From NCBI GenBank assembly GCA_964536865.1, contig CAZHYN010000013.1, positions 19,100 through 43,099 on the forward strand: a DNA stretch of 24,000 nucleotides, in the 5' to 3' direction. This stretch comes from an uncultured Planctomycetia bacterium (GTDB lineage Bacteria > Omnitrophota > Gorgyraeia > Duberdicusellales > 4484-171). The position numbers and the translations under genes are program-made. Below are positions 7,994 through 16,784 of the stretch, one piece after another (positions within the stretch are counted from its first letter, which is position 1; the number at the start of each line of letters is the position of its first letter). Under the pieces are notes generated by a model. The model was not told the origin of the DNA and did not search any database. It saw only the letters and a program-made list of their open reading frames with translations.

Positions 7994-8854
7994 ATGGGAG
8001 TAACAGTCATTTTGCCTGCTTATAACGAAGCTAAGAATCTGGAAGAGCTCTTACCGAAAGTTTTTCAAGTCTTAAGTGGGAATAATGTAGAGATTATTGT
8101 TGTAGATGATGCTTCCCAAGATAATACTTCCGAAGTAGCTGAAAAATACGGAGCCAAAGTAATAAGAAATCCTTATAATATGGGAAACGGAGCAAGTATA
8201 AAAAGAGGAATAAGAGAGGCAAAAAATGAGATATTAGTTTTAATGGATGCCGATGGTCAGCATCCTCCAGAGGAGATCCCTAAACTACTTAAAGATTTGA
8301 ATAGTTTTGATATGGTGATAGGGGCACGTTTAAATACTCCTCAAGTGTGGTGGCGCTATTTTGCTAATAAAATGTATAACTTTTTAGCTTCCTATGTGAG
8401 TGGGATAAGAATAAAGGATTTAACTTCGGGATTTAGGGGAGTTAAGAAGAGCAGAGTAGTTAAATTTTTATACCTTTTACCAAATACCTTTTCTTATCCT
8501 TCTACTTTAACTTTATCTTTTATAAAAGCTGCCTATCCGATAAAATTTGTCCCTATTAGAGTTTTGCCAAGAAGAGAAGGGAGAAGCAAAATCAATCTCT
8601 TAAGTGATGGATTAAGGTTTTTTATTATTATTGTACGTATTGCTGTCTTTTTTTCTCCCTTAAAAGTATTTTTACCAATAGCTTTGTTTTTCTTTCTCTG
8701 TGGGTTTTTCTATTACCTCTACACGTTTTTGAGTTTCCACCGTTTTACAAACATGAGTGCGGTGCTTCTTACAACCTCGGTGATAATTTTTATGTTAGGC
8801 TTAGTATCAGAACAGATAGCGAATTTGAGGATGGAAAAAATAGATGATAGATAA
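7994..8854 (+). CDS. Family 2 glycosyltransferase, polyprenyl-phosphate sugar synthase-like (DPM1/GtrB-like)
   Basis: VILPAYNEAKNLEELLP, IIVVDDASQDNT, LMDADGQHPPEEI, DLTSGFRGV, with two C-terminal TM segments. Confidence 0.88.
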   Translation: MGVTVILPAYNEAKNLEELLPKVFQVLSGNNVEIIVVDDASQDNTSEVAEKYGAKVIRNPYNMGNGASIKRGIREAKNEILVLMDADGQHPPEEIPKLLKDLNSFDMVIGARLNTPQVWWRYFANKMYNFLASYVSGIRIKDLTSGFRGVKKSRVVKFLYLLPNTFSYPSTLTLSFIKAAYPIKFVPIRVLPRREGRSKINLLSDGLRFFIIIVRIAVFFSPLKVFLPIALFFFLCGFFYYLYTFLSFHRFTNMSAVLLTTSVIIFMLGLVSEQIANLRMEKIDDR

Positions 8855-8911
8855 GAACCCTCTCTATTCTTTTCTTATGTTTCTACAGAAGGATATCTTC
8901 TCTCAATCCTT

Positions 8912-9985
8912 ATGAGTAAGAAAAGGATGTTAATAATTTCTCTCTCCGGAATAGGAAATACTCTGTTAGCTTTACCATTTTTAACCTCATTAAAAGATAA
9001 CTTCTCCTCTGCTCAAATAGATTTGGTGTGTTTAACCCAAGGCATAGTCGAGTTATTAAGCCCCAGGGGCCTTATAGATAACTTTTATGTATTTTCTAGA
9101 AACATAGTCAAAGTTTTATTTATGATTCTTAGATTAAGAAGAAATAAATATCTTTATTCATTTACTATATTTCCTTCCAACAAGTGGCAATTTGATTTAG
9201 TGGCATTTATGATAGGAGCAAGGTATAGGGTCACTCATTGTTATAAGTATAGGAGCAAGATAAACTTAAGTTTTCTTCAAAACATAAGAATTAAGGCAGA
9301 GGAAACTCTTCATGATGTCGAGCAAAATCTAAATTTTTTGAAGATTTTCAATATCAATTCTAGCCAAAGGGAGGTAGAACTATTTTTAGATGATAGAGAG
9401 TTAGCTTTTGCTGAAGATTTTCTTAAAAATAAAGGGTTACAGGAAGCATTCTTAGTTGGTATTCACCCGGGAGGAGGGGGGCGATTAAGTAAAAAATGGC
9501 AGGGAAGGTTTAAAAGGTGGCCAGTGAGCTATTTCTCTAAACTCTGTGATAGGCTAATAGAGCAAAAGGGAACTAAGATCTTAATATTTGGGGGAAGAGA
9601 GGAGAGTGAAATCAAGAAGGAGGTGAAAAGAATAGCTAGTCACAAAGAGAGCCTTTTTATCATTGAGGAACTATCTTTAAGGAGAGTTTCTGCACTCATT
9701 AAAAAATGTAAATTATTTATTTCTAATGATACTGCTTTAATGCATATCAGTGCTGCCTTAGGTGTTTCTACACTAGGTATTTTTGGTCCTACTAACTGGC
9801 GAAGAACCGCTCCTTATTCTAATTCCGGTTATTATATTTCTTCAGATATTCCTTGTTCTCCCTGTTTAAAATATCCCTTTTTTTCTAGTAGCAGTAAGAT
9901 CAAATGTAATAAAGGAGTAAAATGTTTGAAGGAAATTACTGTAGAAAAAGTTATGGATAAATTAAAAGAGTTGAATTTGATATGA
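8912..9985 (+). CDS. Family 9 glycosyltransferase (heptosyltransferase-like)
   Basis: GIGNTLLALPFL N-terminus, GIHPGGGG, KLFISNDTALMHISAALGVSTLGIFGPTN. Confidence 0.9.
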   Translation: MSKKRMLIISLSGIGNTLLALPFLTSLKDNFSSAQIDLVCLTQGIVELLSPRGLIDNFYVFSRNIVKVLFMILRLRRNKYLYSFTIFPSNKWQFDLVAFMIGARYRVTHCYKYRSKINLSFLQNIRIKAEETLHDVEQNLNFLKIFNINSSQREVELFLDDRELAFAEDFLKNKGLQEAFLVGIHPGGGGRLSKKWQGRFKRWPVSYFSKLCDRLIEQKGTKILIFGGREESEIKKEVKRIASHKESLFIIEELSLRRVSALIKKCKLFISNDTALMHISAALGVSTLGIFGPTNWRRTAPYSNSGYYISSDIPCSPCLKYPFFSSSSKIKCNKGVKCLKEITVEKVMDKLKELNLI

Positions 9986-10072
9986 GATTTTTCCTTACGA
10001 AAATATTTTTAAAAGTATAGTAAACAGAAACACTCTTTTTATTTGGAGGAGGAGATAATAGAATAAATACCA

Positions 10073-11170
10073 ATGATAAAAGTCTTAGGGATATCTAGAG
10101 AGTTTCCTCCTTATGATAAAGGAGGAGAGGGGAGAGTATTAGAATATCTGGCTAAGTATTCAAAAAAGTTTGAGGTAGATTTAACAGTAGTTACTGGTTA
10201 TCCTTTCCTAAAAAGCTATAAAGAAAGTTATAATGGTATCCAAGTCTACCGTGTTCCTATGATAGGTGATAATTTCTTGACCAAAATTCCGACATTCGCT
10301 TATTTTCTCTGGCAAATTTTAAAAAATATTCAAGATAAATTCGATCTTATCTATAGTATTTCTGTACCAATATTTGGAAAATTAAAAAAACCACTGATAG
10401 CTCATTTCCAAAATACTAGATACGGAGAGTATATAGCCTGCAGGATGATAAAGAAGAAGATTTATGCCTTTTTAAATAAGATATACATTCCTTTTAATAA
10501 GATTCTTCTAAAGAAAGCTGATGGAGTATTTGTTCTTTCCAGAAATATGATTGAAGAAATTAAAGCCATGAAAGATTGTGAAGGAAAAGAAGTTGTTGTA
10601 ATTCCCAATGGAGTTGATACGGAGCTCTTTAAGCCATCTGGGGAGAGAAGATTTACCTCTCAAGAAAAGAAAGTTCTCTACGTAGGTAGGTTAGACGTGA
10701 GAAAAGGTATAAGTACTCTTTTTTATGCTCTTAAGGAGGTAACAAAGAGAGTAAAAGTAAAGTTGTTAATTGCAGGAGAGGGTAGGGAGAAAATTAGGTT
10801 AACCGCTTTAGCTAAAGCTTTATCCCTGCCAGTTGAATTTTTAGGGAAGATAACTTATCATGATTTGCCTCAAATTTATGAGAGGGCAGATTTATTTGTT
10901 TTACCATCCTTATATGAGCCCTTTGGTATGGTGGCTTTAGAGGCAATGGCGTGTGGGACACCTACCGTTGTCTCCACGGCTTGTCCTATTGAGAGGGTAC
11001 CTAAATTTAAAAAAGGAAGTGCGAAGGATCTTGCCGACTTACTTTTAAGTATACTTTCTTCAGAGGAAAAGTTAGTTGAGATTTCTCACCAATGTAGGGA
11101 AATAGCAAAAAGATACGATTGGGAAAACATTATTTCTAAAATTGTCACTTTCTTTAGGAAATTTGTTTAG
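10073..11170 (+). CDS. Family 4 glycosyltransferase
   Basis: FPPYDKGGEGRVLEYLAKY, VIPNGVDTELFKP, VGRLDVRKGI, LFVLPSLYEPFGMVALEAMACGTPTV. Confidence 0.93.
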   Translation: MIKVLGISREFPPYDKGGEGRVLEYLAKYSKKFEVDLTVVTGYPFLKSYKESYNGIQVYRVPMIGDNFLTKIPTFAYFLWQILKNIQDKFDLIYSISVPIFGKLKKPLIAHFQNTRYGEYIACRMIKKKIYAFLNKIYIPFNKILLKKADGVFVLSRNMIEEIKAMKDCEGKEVVVIPNGVDTELFKPSGERRFTSQEKKVLYVGRLDVRKGISTLFYALKEVTKRVKVKLLIAGEGREKIRLTALAKALSLPVEFLGKITYHDLPQIYERADLFVLPSLYEPFGMVALEAMACGTPTVVSTACPIERVPKFKKGSAKDLADLLLSILSSEEKLVEISHQCREIAKRYDWENIISKIVTFFRKFV

Positions 11171-11178
11171 AGATAAAG

Positions 11179-11829
11179 ATGAATTATAGACAAGCCTTAG
11201 AGGATTCAGCAAAAATAGAGAGGAACATTCTCAGCCAGTATGAGGAGTTTAAAAAAATAATCTTAGAGAATGTAAGAGGTAAGTGTTTAGAAATTGGTTG
11301 TGGTGATGGTTTAACAACCGAGTTTTTAAAGAGATATACCTCTAGCCTAATTTCTCTTGATCTCTCATATAGAAGAATCAAGATAGCAAAAAAAGTAAAT
11401 CCAGAGATACCGTTTACCCTTTCTGACGCTAGAAACCTCCCCTTTAAAGATGAATTCTTTGATAGTGTATGTGCATTTGAAGTAATAGAGCATCTACCTT
11501 CTTACTTCGATCATCATAAATTTTTAAAAGAAGTGAGGAGAGTTTTAAAGAAGGGGGGAGTATTTATTGTATCCACACCTAACAGACTTGTATTTAGAAT
11601 TTATTGTAGATTACTAGGAGAGAAACATACTACCCATTTTTCTGAGCTTACCTACTTCCAGTTTCGAAAGATACTTAGAGAGTACTTTACCCCAGTTAAG
11701 CTCTATGGCCAGTTTGGCTGGCTATCTCTTTTTTATAAGTTGCCCCCTGTGAAGCTGATTCATTTTCTCTTGAGTAAGCTAACTTTTCTCTGTAAAGGAT
11801 TATTAGGGGTGTGTGTAAAACTAACCTAG
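11179..11829 (+). CDS. Class I SAM-dependent methyltransferase
   Basis: CLEIGCGDGLTTEFL, FSDARNLPFKDEFFDSVCAFEVIEHL, LKKGGVFIVSTPN motifs. Confidence 0.9.
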   Translation: MNYRQALEDSAKIERNILSQYEEFKKIILENVRGKCLEIGCGDGLTTEFLKRYTSSLISLDLSYRRIKIAKKVNPEIPFTLSDARNLPFKDEFFDSVCAFEVIEHLPSYFDHHKFLKEVRRVLKKGGVFIVSTPNRLVFRIYCRLLGEKHTTHFSELTYFQFRKILREYFTPVKLYGQFGWLSLFYKLPPVKLIHFLLSKLTFLCKGLLGVCVKLT

Positions 11830-11830
11830 A

Positions 11831-12622
11831 ATGGAAATAATTTTTATACCCATAATCCTTCTCTTGATGTCCTCTTTGGGAGCAGTAAATTTTTATCTCT
11901 TCGTAGGGAGGCAGGTGAGCATAAAAGAATCATTTAAACTAGTGACTTCAGCATTAGCGCTTAATAAGCTTCTTTTTACTGGTTCAGGATATCTAGTTTC
12001 AAGTTTCTTCTCTCGAAGTAAAAATTTACCTTTTTATAAGACCCTGACCGTTTTTGCATTTCTAGAATTTATGGGCAATTCTTTGTGGTTAATTTTAGGT
12101 ATTTATTTTGGCGCCAAGTTAGCTATAAGGGTGCCCTTAGCTCTTATAATAATATTGATTATCTTTGGTATCACCTTTCTATTTAAAAGACATAAATTTA
12201 TTCTATTCTTTAAAAATATTTTGCAATACTTTAAGGAAGTGGGTGCTAGGATTTTTCTTATCCTCCCCTTTACGATTACCAATGTATTTTTAGTAGTTCT
12301 TTATTATTTTTTTCTTTTTCGTTTCTTTTCTTTCCATACGGGAATTCCCTCTATTTTAAAAATTGTTTCTGTTTCTTTTACTATAGGGTACCTATCTCCT
12401 GCTCCTTCAGGTATTGGCTTCAAAGATACGGGATTGGTATTACTTCTGGTAAGAGAAGGGATCGATCTTCCTGGAGCTTTATCTATTGCTATATGGGATA
12501 GATTGATTACCACTTTTTTCTGGATATCATTAGGAGGAGTGGTGGGTTTTAATTTGATTAAAGAAGTGATGAAGGAGAAATTTAAGATAAAACTAAAGAG
12601 TAAAGAAAGTAAGAATTTATAA
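11831..12622 (+). CDS. Lysylphosphatidylglycerol synthase-like / UPF0104 membrane protein
   Basis: Multiple TM segments. SAPAPSGIG-type signature (LSPAPSGIGFKDTGLVLLLVREGI), KLLFTGSGYLVSSFF. Confidence 0.75.
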   Translation: MEIIFIPIILLLMSSLGAVNFYLFVGRQVSIKESFKLVTSALALNKLLFTGSGYLVSSFFSRSKNLPFYKTLTVFAFLEFMGNSLWLILGIYFGAKLAIRVPLALIIILIIFGITFLFKRHKFILFFKNILQYFKEVGARIFLILPFTITNVFLVVLYYFFLFRFFSFHTGIPSILKIVSVSFTIGYLSPAPSGIGFKDTGLVLLLVREGIDLPGALSIAIWDRLITTFFWISLGGVVGFNLIKEVMKEKFKIKLKSKESKNL

Positions 12623-12720
12623 ATTCTCTTTTTACTTGTAATACAATGTTTATAGATTAAAGTTGATAATAATGCACAAGAAAAGTAAAATAAAAGGCTA
12701 CAGGAGCTTTGTGTTGAGAG

Positions 12721-13299
12721 ATGTTTACAGGAATTGTTAAAGATATAGGAAGAGTAAAAAAGATTGTAAAGAGGGTAAACTTATGGAGGGTAGGAATTAA
12801 CTGTCTGAGACTCTATAAAGAAAGTTCTTTATCTGATAGTATCTCTGTAAATGGGGTATGTCTTACCTTGACTGAAAAAAAACAAGACTTGCTTTTCTTT
12901 GATATAATAAAGTCTACTCTGGAGAATACTAATTTAAAAAGATTAAAGATCGGCTCTTACGTTAATATTGAGCTCTCTTTGAAAGTAGGTGAGAGAGTAG
13001 GTGGACACTTCGTTTTAGGTCACGTGGATTGTGAGTCGAAAATAAAGAGCATAAAGCACAAAAGAGATTTTTATACTTTTGAAATTGAGCTTCCTAAAAG
13101 ATTTAAAAACCTAATTACAGAGAAAGGTTCAATTGCTGTTGAGGGAATTAGTTTAACCCTTCAAGAAATAAATCCTACATCTTTTGCTATTGACGTAATT
13201 CCCTATACCTTTGCACATACCAATTTAAAATATAAGAAAGTAGGAGACTGGGTTAATTTAGAATTTGACTACCTTCTTAAATCAACTATTAATAGGTAA
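12721..13299 (+). CDS. ribE: Riboflavin synthase, alpha subunit
   Basis: MFTGIVKDIGRV, SVNGVCLTLT, LKVGERVGGHFVLGHVD, GSIAVEGISLTL: duplicated lumazine-binding domains. Confidence 0.95.
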   Translation: MFTGIVKDIGRVKKIVKRVNLWRVGINCLRLYKESSLSDSISVNGVCLTLTEKKQDLLFFDIIKSTLENTNLKRLKIGSYVNIELSLKVGERVGGHFVLGHVDCESKIKSIKHKRDFYTFEIELPKRFKNLITEKGSIAVEGISLTLQEINPTSFAIDVIPYTFAHTNLKYKKVGDWVNLEFDYLLKSTINR

Positions 13300-13304
13300 T
13301 TTTT

Positions 13305-13381
13305 CGGGGCGTAGCTCAGGTGGTTTTAAGAGCACTTGGTTCGGGACCAAGAGGTCAGCAGTTCAAATCTGCTCGCCCCGA
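13305..13381 (+). tRNA. tRNA-Pro (anticodon CGG)
   Basis: Acceptor CGGGGCG/CGCCCCG, D stem GCTC/GAGC, anticodon arm CTTGG-TTCGGGA-CCAAG, T arm AGCAG-TTCAAAT-CTGCT. CCA is not encoded. Confidence 0.95.
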
Positions 13382-13498
13382 TCTTAATTTAATGAGAGAG
13401 TAGATATAAAAATCAAGAGTTCTCCAAACTCAGCTTTTTGTCTTAAAGAAAACTTGAGTTGACATTTGAGATATGAAAGTGAAATAGATTAACTCTTA

Positions 13499-13527
13499 TT
13501 GAAAGAAGTTGACTTTTATGGTATAAA
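13499..13527 (+). promoter_or_regulatory. Candidate promoter for tmRNA
   Basis: TTGAAA (13499-13504), 17-nt spacer, TATAAA (13522-13527), ending 19 nt before the mature tmRNA 5' end. Confidence 0.45.
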
Positions 13528-13546
13528 TATATTGCTCTTAGAAAAT

Positions 13547-13908
13547 GGGGGTGAAAGGGCCTCGACTCAATAAGCAGGGAAGGAGTTGCATGCCAGCGGG
13601 TAGACCAGCTGTTTAAGAGGTCTACACCAAATAAAGGCAACAAGCTATGCCTCTACTCCTGCTTACGCAGTTTGTTAAGCAGGGCTCTTAATCCTGTTTG
13701 TCTCTGACGGGATTAAGGGTTCGGTAAGAGAGACTAGAGGTAGATTCTTAACCTTGGGGATTTACCTCGAAAAATCAACAAGGTTGCTTTCTAACAGATC
13801 CTGTCTCTCGGAGCTGTTAGAGAAAAGATCAAAAGAGAGACTAAGCATGTAGTAGGCTCCTCTTTTAGCTTATTGAGGACGCGGGTTCGATTCCCGCCAC
13901 CTCCACCA
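13547..13908 (+). ncRNA. ssrA: Transfer-messenger RNA (tmRNA), one-piece
   Basis: 5' GGGGGTGAAAGGGCCTCGAC and 3' GCGGGTTCGATTCCCGCCACCTCCACCA form the tRNA-like domain. Acceptor GGGGGTG pairs CACCTCC with one G-U. CCA is encoded. PK1-like stem GTAGACC/GGTCTAC, then resume codon GCA at 13637. Confidence 0.95.
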
Positions 13909-14011
13909 TTATCTCTTATTTTCTTTTGTTCCTTCCTGATACAATTTTTCTGCTAAGATCTAGTAAATATAGAATTTGGCAAAGAAAGAGTTCTTTTATA
14001 TAATAATTTAT

Positions 14012-14263
14012 ATGCCTATATATCTTTATCGTGTTGATAAAGGGGAGAAAGGGTGTAAATTATGTAAGATAGGATTGGAGGTTCTTCAGAAAGTAGGAGA
14101 AAAACCTCTTAAAAGATGTCCTAAATGTGGAAGTAAGCTTAGAAAAGTATTTTCTACCTTTTCTTTGGGTTTTTCCAAAACAGGGTTGGAAAGAAGAGCA
14201 AAGGAAGCAGGGTTTCATAAGTTAAAGCGAGTAGATAAGGGAAAGTATGAGAAGCTATATTAG
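14012..14263 (+). CDS. FmdB family zinc-ribbon protein
   Basis: MPIYLYR start, CKLCKIGLEVLQKVGEKPLKRCPKCGSKLRKVFS. The internal ATG at 14012 matches the family start better than 13976. Confidence 0.85.
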   Translation: MPIYLYRVDKGEKGCKLCKIGLEVLQKVGEKPLKRCPKCGSKLRKVFSTFSLGFSKTGLERRAKEAGFHKLKRVDKGKYEKLY

Positions 14264-14274
14264 AGACCACTAAG

Positions 14275-14697
14275 TTGTATAGAAAATTATCTACTTATCT
14301 TCTTGAGATTAATAATAAGACAGAGAAGGAAATAAATATTGGAAGACTGGGGAAGATAGAGTTTAAAAAGGGAACCTATCTCTATGTTGGTTCAGCAAAG
14401 AAAGGTTTAGTCTCTCGTCTAAGGAGACATCTATCTAGAAAGAAAAGATTATTCTGGCATATAGATTACTTTCTAAATGAGAAGGAAGTATCTGTAGAGA
14501 AGATTTGGCTTACTTATTTAGATGAGTGTCTTACATCAAAACTTATCTCTGAAAGTGTAGAAGTAGTAAAAGGATTTGGCTCTTCCGATTGTCAATGTTT
14601 AGGACATCTTTTCTACTTAGGAAGAAGTAAAATAAGGAAAAACCTAAAAGACAAACTTAAACTAGAGTCAGTGGGAAAAAGGGATTTGGTTGCTTAG
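14275..14697 (+). CDS. GIY-YIG nuclease-like DUF123 family protein
   Basis: KKGTYLYVGSAKKGLVSRLRRHLSRKKRLFWHIDYFL and CQCLGHLFYLG. TTG start. Confidence 0.8.
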   Translation: MYRKLSTYLLEINNKTEKEINIGRLGKIEFKKGTYLYVGSAKKGLVSRLRRHLSRKKRLFWHIDYFLNEKEVSVEKIWLTYLDECLTSKLISESVEVVKGFGSSDCQCLGHLFYLGRSKIRKNLKDKLKLESVGKRDLVA

Positions 14698-14825
14698 AAA
14701 AAATTTGAAGAAAAATTATTCGGATAGCTTAAATTATGGTACAATTATAGTCTCTATTTTGTGTAGGTTTACTTAGTAACTTAGTAAAGGTAAAGTTTAG
14801 TAAGTTTATATTTAATGTAGGAAGA

Positions 14826-15182
14826 ATGATAGAAAGAAGAAAATATCGAAGAGCGAGAGATGGAGCACGAGTTATCTTCAAAATTTTAAATAAGAAGGGG
14901 GAGATAGAACTTGATACTATCGACGTTGGAGCAGGAGGGATGTGCATTCCTTTAAAAGAAAGAGTTAACCCCAACACTCTCATAGAGATAGGATTAATCC
15001 TTCCCGGAGAAAAGAAACCTTTTTACGTATTTGCTGAAGTTAGATGGCAGGCAAGATTACCTAAAAGAGATGATAGAGGTAATTTATATTTTCCTACTGG
15101 GGTAATGTTTCTAAAAATGAATAAAGATGAGAGAAAAAAACTCATCCAGCATATCTACCATTCTACTAGAGAAAAAGAGTAG
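14826..15182 (+). CDS. PilZ domain protein with altered second motif
   Basis: RRKYRRARDGARV (RxxxR-like) and IDVGAGGMCIPL in place of D/NxSxxG, then EVRWQARL...GVMFLKM. Confidence 0.75.
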   Translation: MIERRKYRRARDGARVIFKILNKKGEIELDTIDVGAGGMCIPLKERVNPNTLIEIGLILPGEKKPFYVFAEVRWQARLPKRDDRGNLYFPTGVMFLKMNKDERKKLIQHIYHSTREKE

Positions 15183-15199
15183 CCGAATCTGTTAGCTCT

Positions 15200-16132
15200 A
15201 TGAGTTACCTTTACGGTCCAGTGTACTCACGAAGATTAGGGCTTTCTTTAGGAGTTGATCCATTCTCCAGGAAAGTATGTAGCTTCGATTGCGTTTACTG
15301 TCAGTTAGGCCCCACCCCTAGAAAAACCGTAGTTAGAAGAGGAGGAATTGATTTACAGAAAGTAAGAGAAGAGTTAGAGAATATTTTGAAGAGTAAAACA
15401 AAAATAGATTATATTACTATCTCTGGATCAGGGGAACCAACTCTCATTAAAAATCTAGATAAACTAATAAGACTGATAGGGAAGATTTGTAAGTATAAAT
15501 ATCCTATTTGTGTAATAACTAATTCTTCTCTTCTCTATAGAGAAGATGTAAGAAATCAATTAAGAGATGCAGATTTAGTGATTCCCTCTTTAGATGCTCC
15601 TAATCAAGAAATTTTTCAAAAGATTAACAGACCCCATCCTCTAGTTACGTTAGATAAGATAGTTAAGGGACTTATAGAGTTTAGGAAGGAATATAGAGGG
15701 AAGATATGGTTAGAGATTATGTTAGTTAAAGGAATTAATGATAAAGAGAATTTTGCTTACCAATTTAAGAGAATAATTCCTGAGATTGATCCTGATAGAG
15801 TGCAAATTAATATCCCTATAAGAGCTATTCCTTACCTTAAGAAAAGTTTACTCCCTTCTCCCAAGGTTATATATCAGTTTAAGAAAATTCTAGGGAAAAA
15901 TTGTCAGGTTGTTAGCTTCAGAAAAGTTAAAGTTAAAAAGATAAGGACTTTTATAGATAAGAATCTAGTATTTGCCTCTTTAAAAAGAAGGCCTCAAAGT
16001 ATTGAGGAGTTGAGTGTATCTTTAGGAGCAGAATCAGAAGTGATTGAAAAATGTGTTAGAAGTCTCCTAAAAGATAAAAAAGTAAGAGAAGTTATGAGAG
16101 GGAATAGAAGATATTTAATGATTAAAAGATGA
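15200..16132 (+). CDS. Radical SAM protein
   Basis: CSFDCVYCQLG [4Fe-4S] motif, ITISGSGEPTL, IMLVKGIND. C-terminal winged-helix-like tail. Confidence 0.9.
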   Translation: MSYLYGPVYSRRLGLSLGVDPFSRKVCSFDCVYCQLGPTPRKTVVRRGGIDLQKVREELENILKSKTKIDYITISGSGEPTLIKNLDKLIRLIGKICKYKYPICVITNSSLLYREDVRNQLRDADLVIPSLDAPNQEIFQKINRPHPLVTLDKIVKGLIEFRKEYRGKIWLEIMLVKGINDKENFAYQFKRIIPEIDPDRVQINIPIRAIPYLKKSLLPSPKVIYQFKKILGKNCQVVSFRKVKVKKIRTFIDKNLVFASLKRRPQSIEELSVSLGAESEVIEKCVRSLLKDKKVREVMRGNRRYLMIKR

Positions 16133-16784
16133 TAAGAGAGAATGTAGAAAGGATACTAAGACAAATACCCTCTTATGTAGAGGTGGTAGTAGCAACGAAA
16201 AAAGAATTCCCTCCGAGATTTTAGAGGCTATCACTGCAGGAATAAAGATAATAGGGGAAAATTATGTTCAGGAGGCAGAGAAAAAGATAGAAGTAATAGG
16301 TAACAAGAATGTGGATTGGCACCTTATTGGTCATCTTCAGAAAAATAAAGTGAAAAAAGCGGTGAGACTATTTGATATGATACAGACTTTGGATTCTATA
16401 GAGTTAGCACAACTTCTAGATAAGGAGTGTAAAAGGATAGGAAAAATTATGCCTGTTCTAATTGAAATAAATATTGCTAAGGAGTCTGCCAAAGCTGGTA
16501 TATTTCCCGATGATTTGGATAATCTTGTTAAGGAGATTTTACCGTTAGAGAATTTAAAGGTGATGGGCCTTATGACTATGGGGCCATCAGTTGAACACCC
16601 CCATCAGTTAAGGCCTTACTTTAGAGAGATAAAGAAGTTGTTTGATGGTATCAAAGAAGAGTATCCTGCTCTTTCCGATTTTAAATATCTTTCTATGGGT
16701 ATGAGTTCTAGTTTCAAGGTAGCGATAGAGGAAGGAGCAAACATGATAAGGTTGGGTACAGTTATTTTTGGTCCTCGGGAGTGA
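16129..16784 (+). pseudogene. yggS: YggS/PLPBP family PLP-binding protein interrupted by an apparent -1 frameshift (supplied ORF 16311..16784 is only the C-terminal part)
   Basis: Frame 1 from ATG 16129: MIRENVERILRQIPSYVEVVVATKK. After AAAAAA (16198-16203) the -1 frame continues RIPSEILEAITAGIKIIGENYVQEAEKKIE...WHLIGHLQKNK...GLMTMGP...LSMGMSSSFKVAIEEGANMIRLGTVIFG. Confidence 0.88.

Noticed and set aside
12623-12720. Possible FMN riboswitch upstream of riboflavin synthase
   Set aside because: No RFN-element conserved core found in this short leader.
13443-13643. Minus-strand 66-aa ORF
   Set aside because: Overlaps the tmRNA gene and lacks domain-like features.
16196-16204. Classical programmed -1 frameshift signal A_AAA_AAG in yggS
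   Set aside because: The zero frame reads AAA AAA G, so the heptamer is not in canonical X_XXY_YYZ phase. No strong downstream stimulator was recognised. Sequence error or mutation is more likely.
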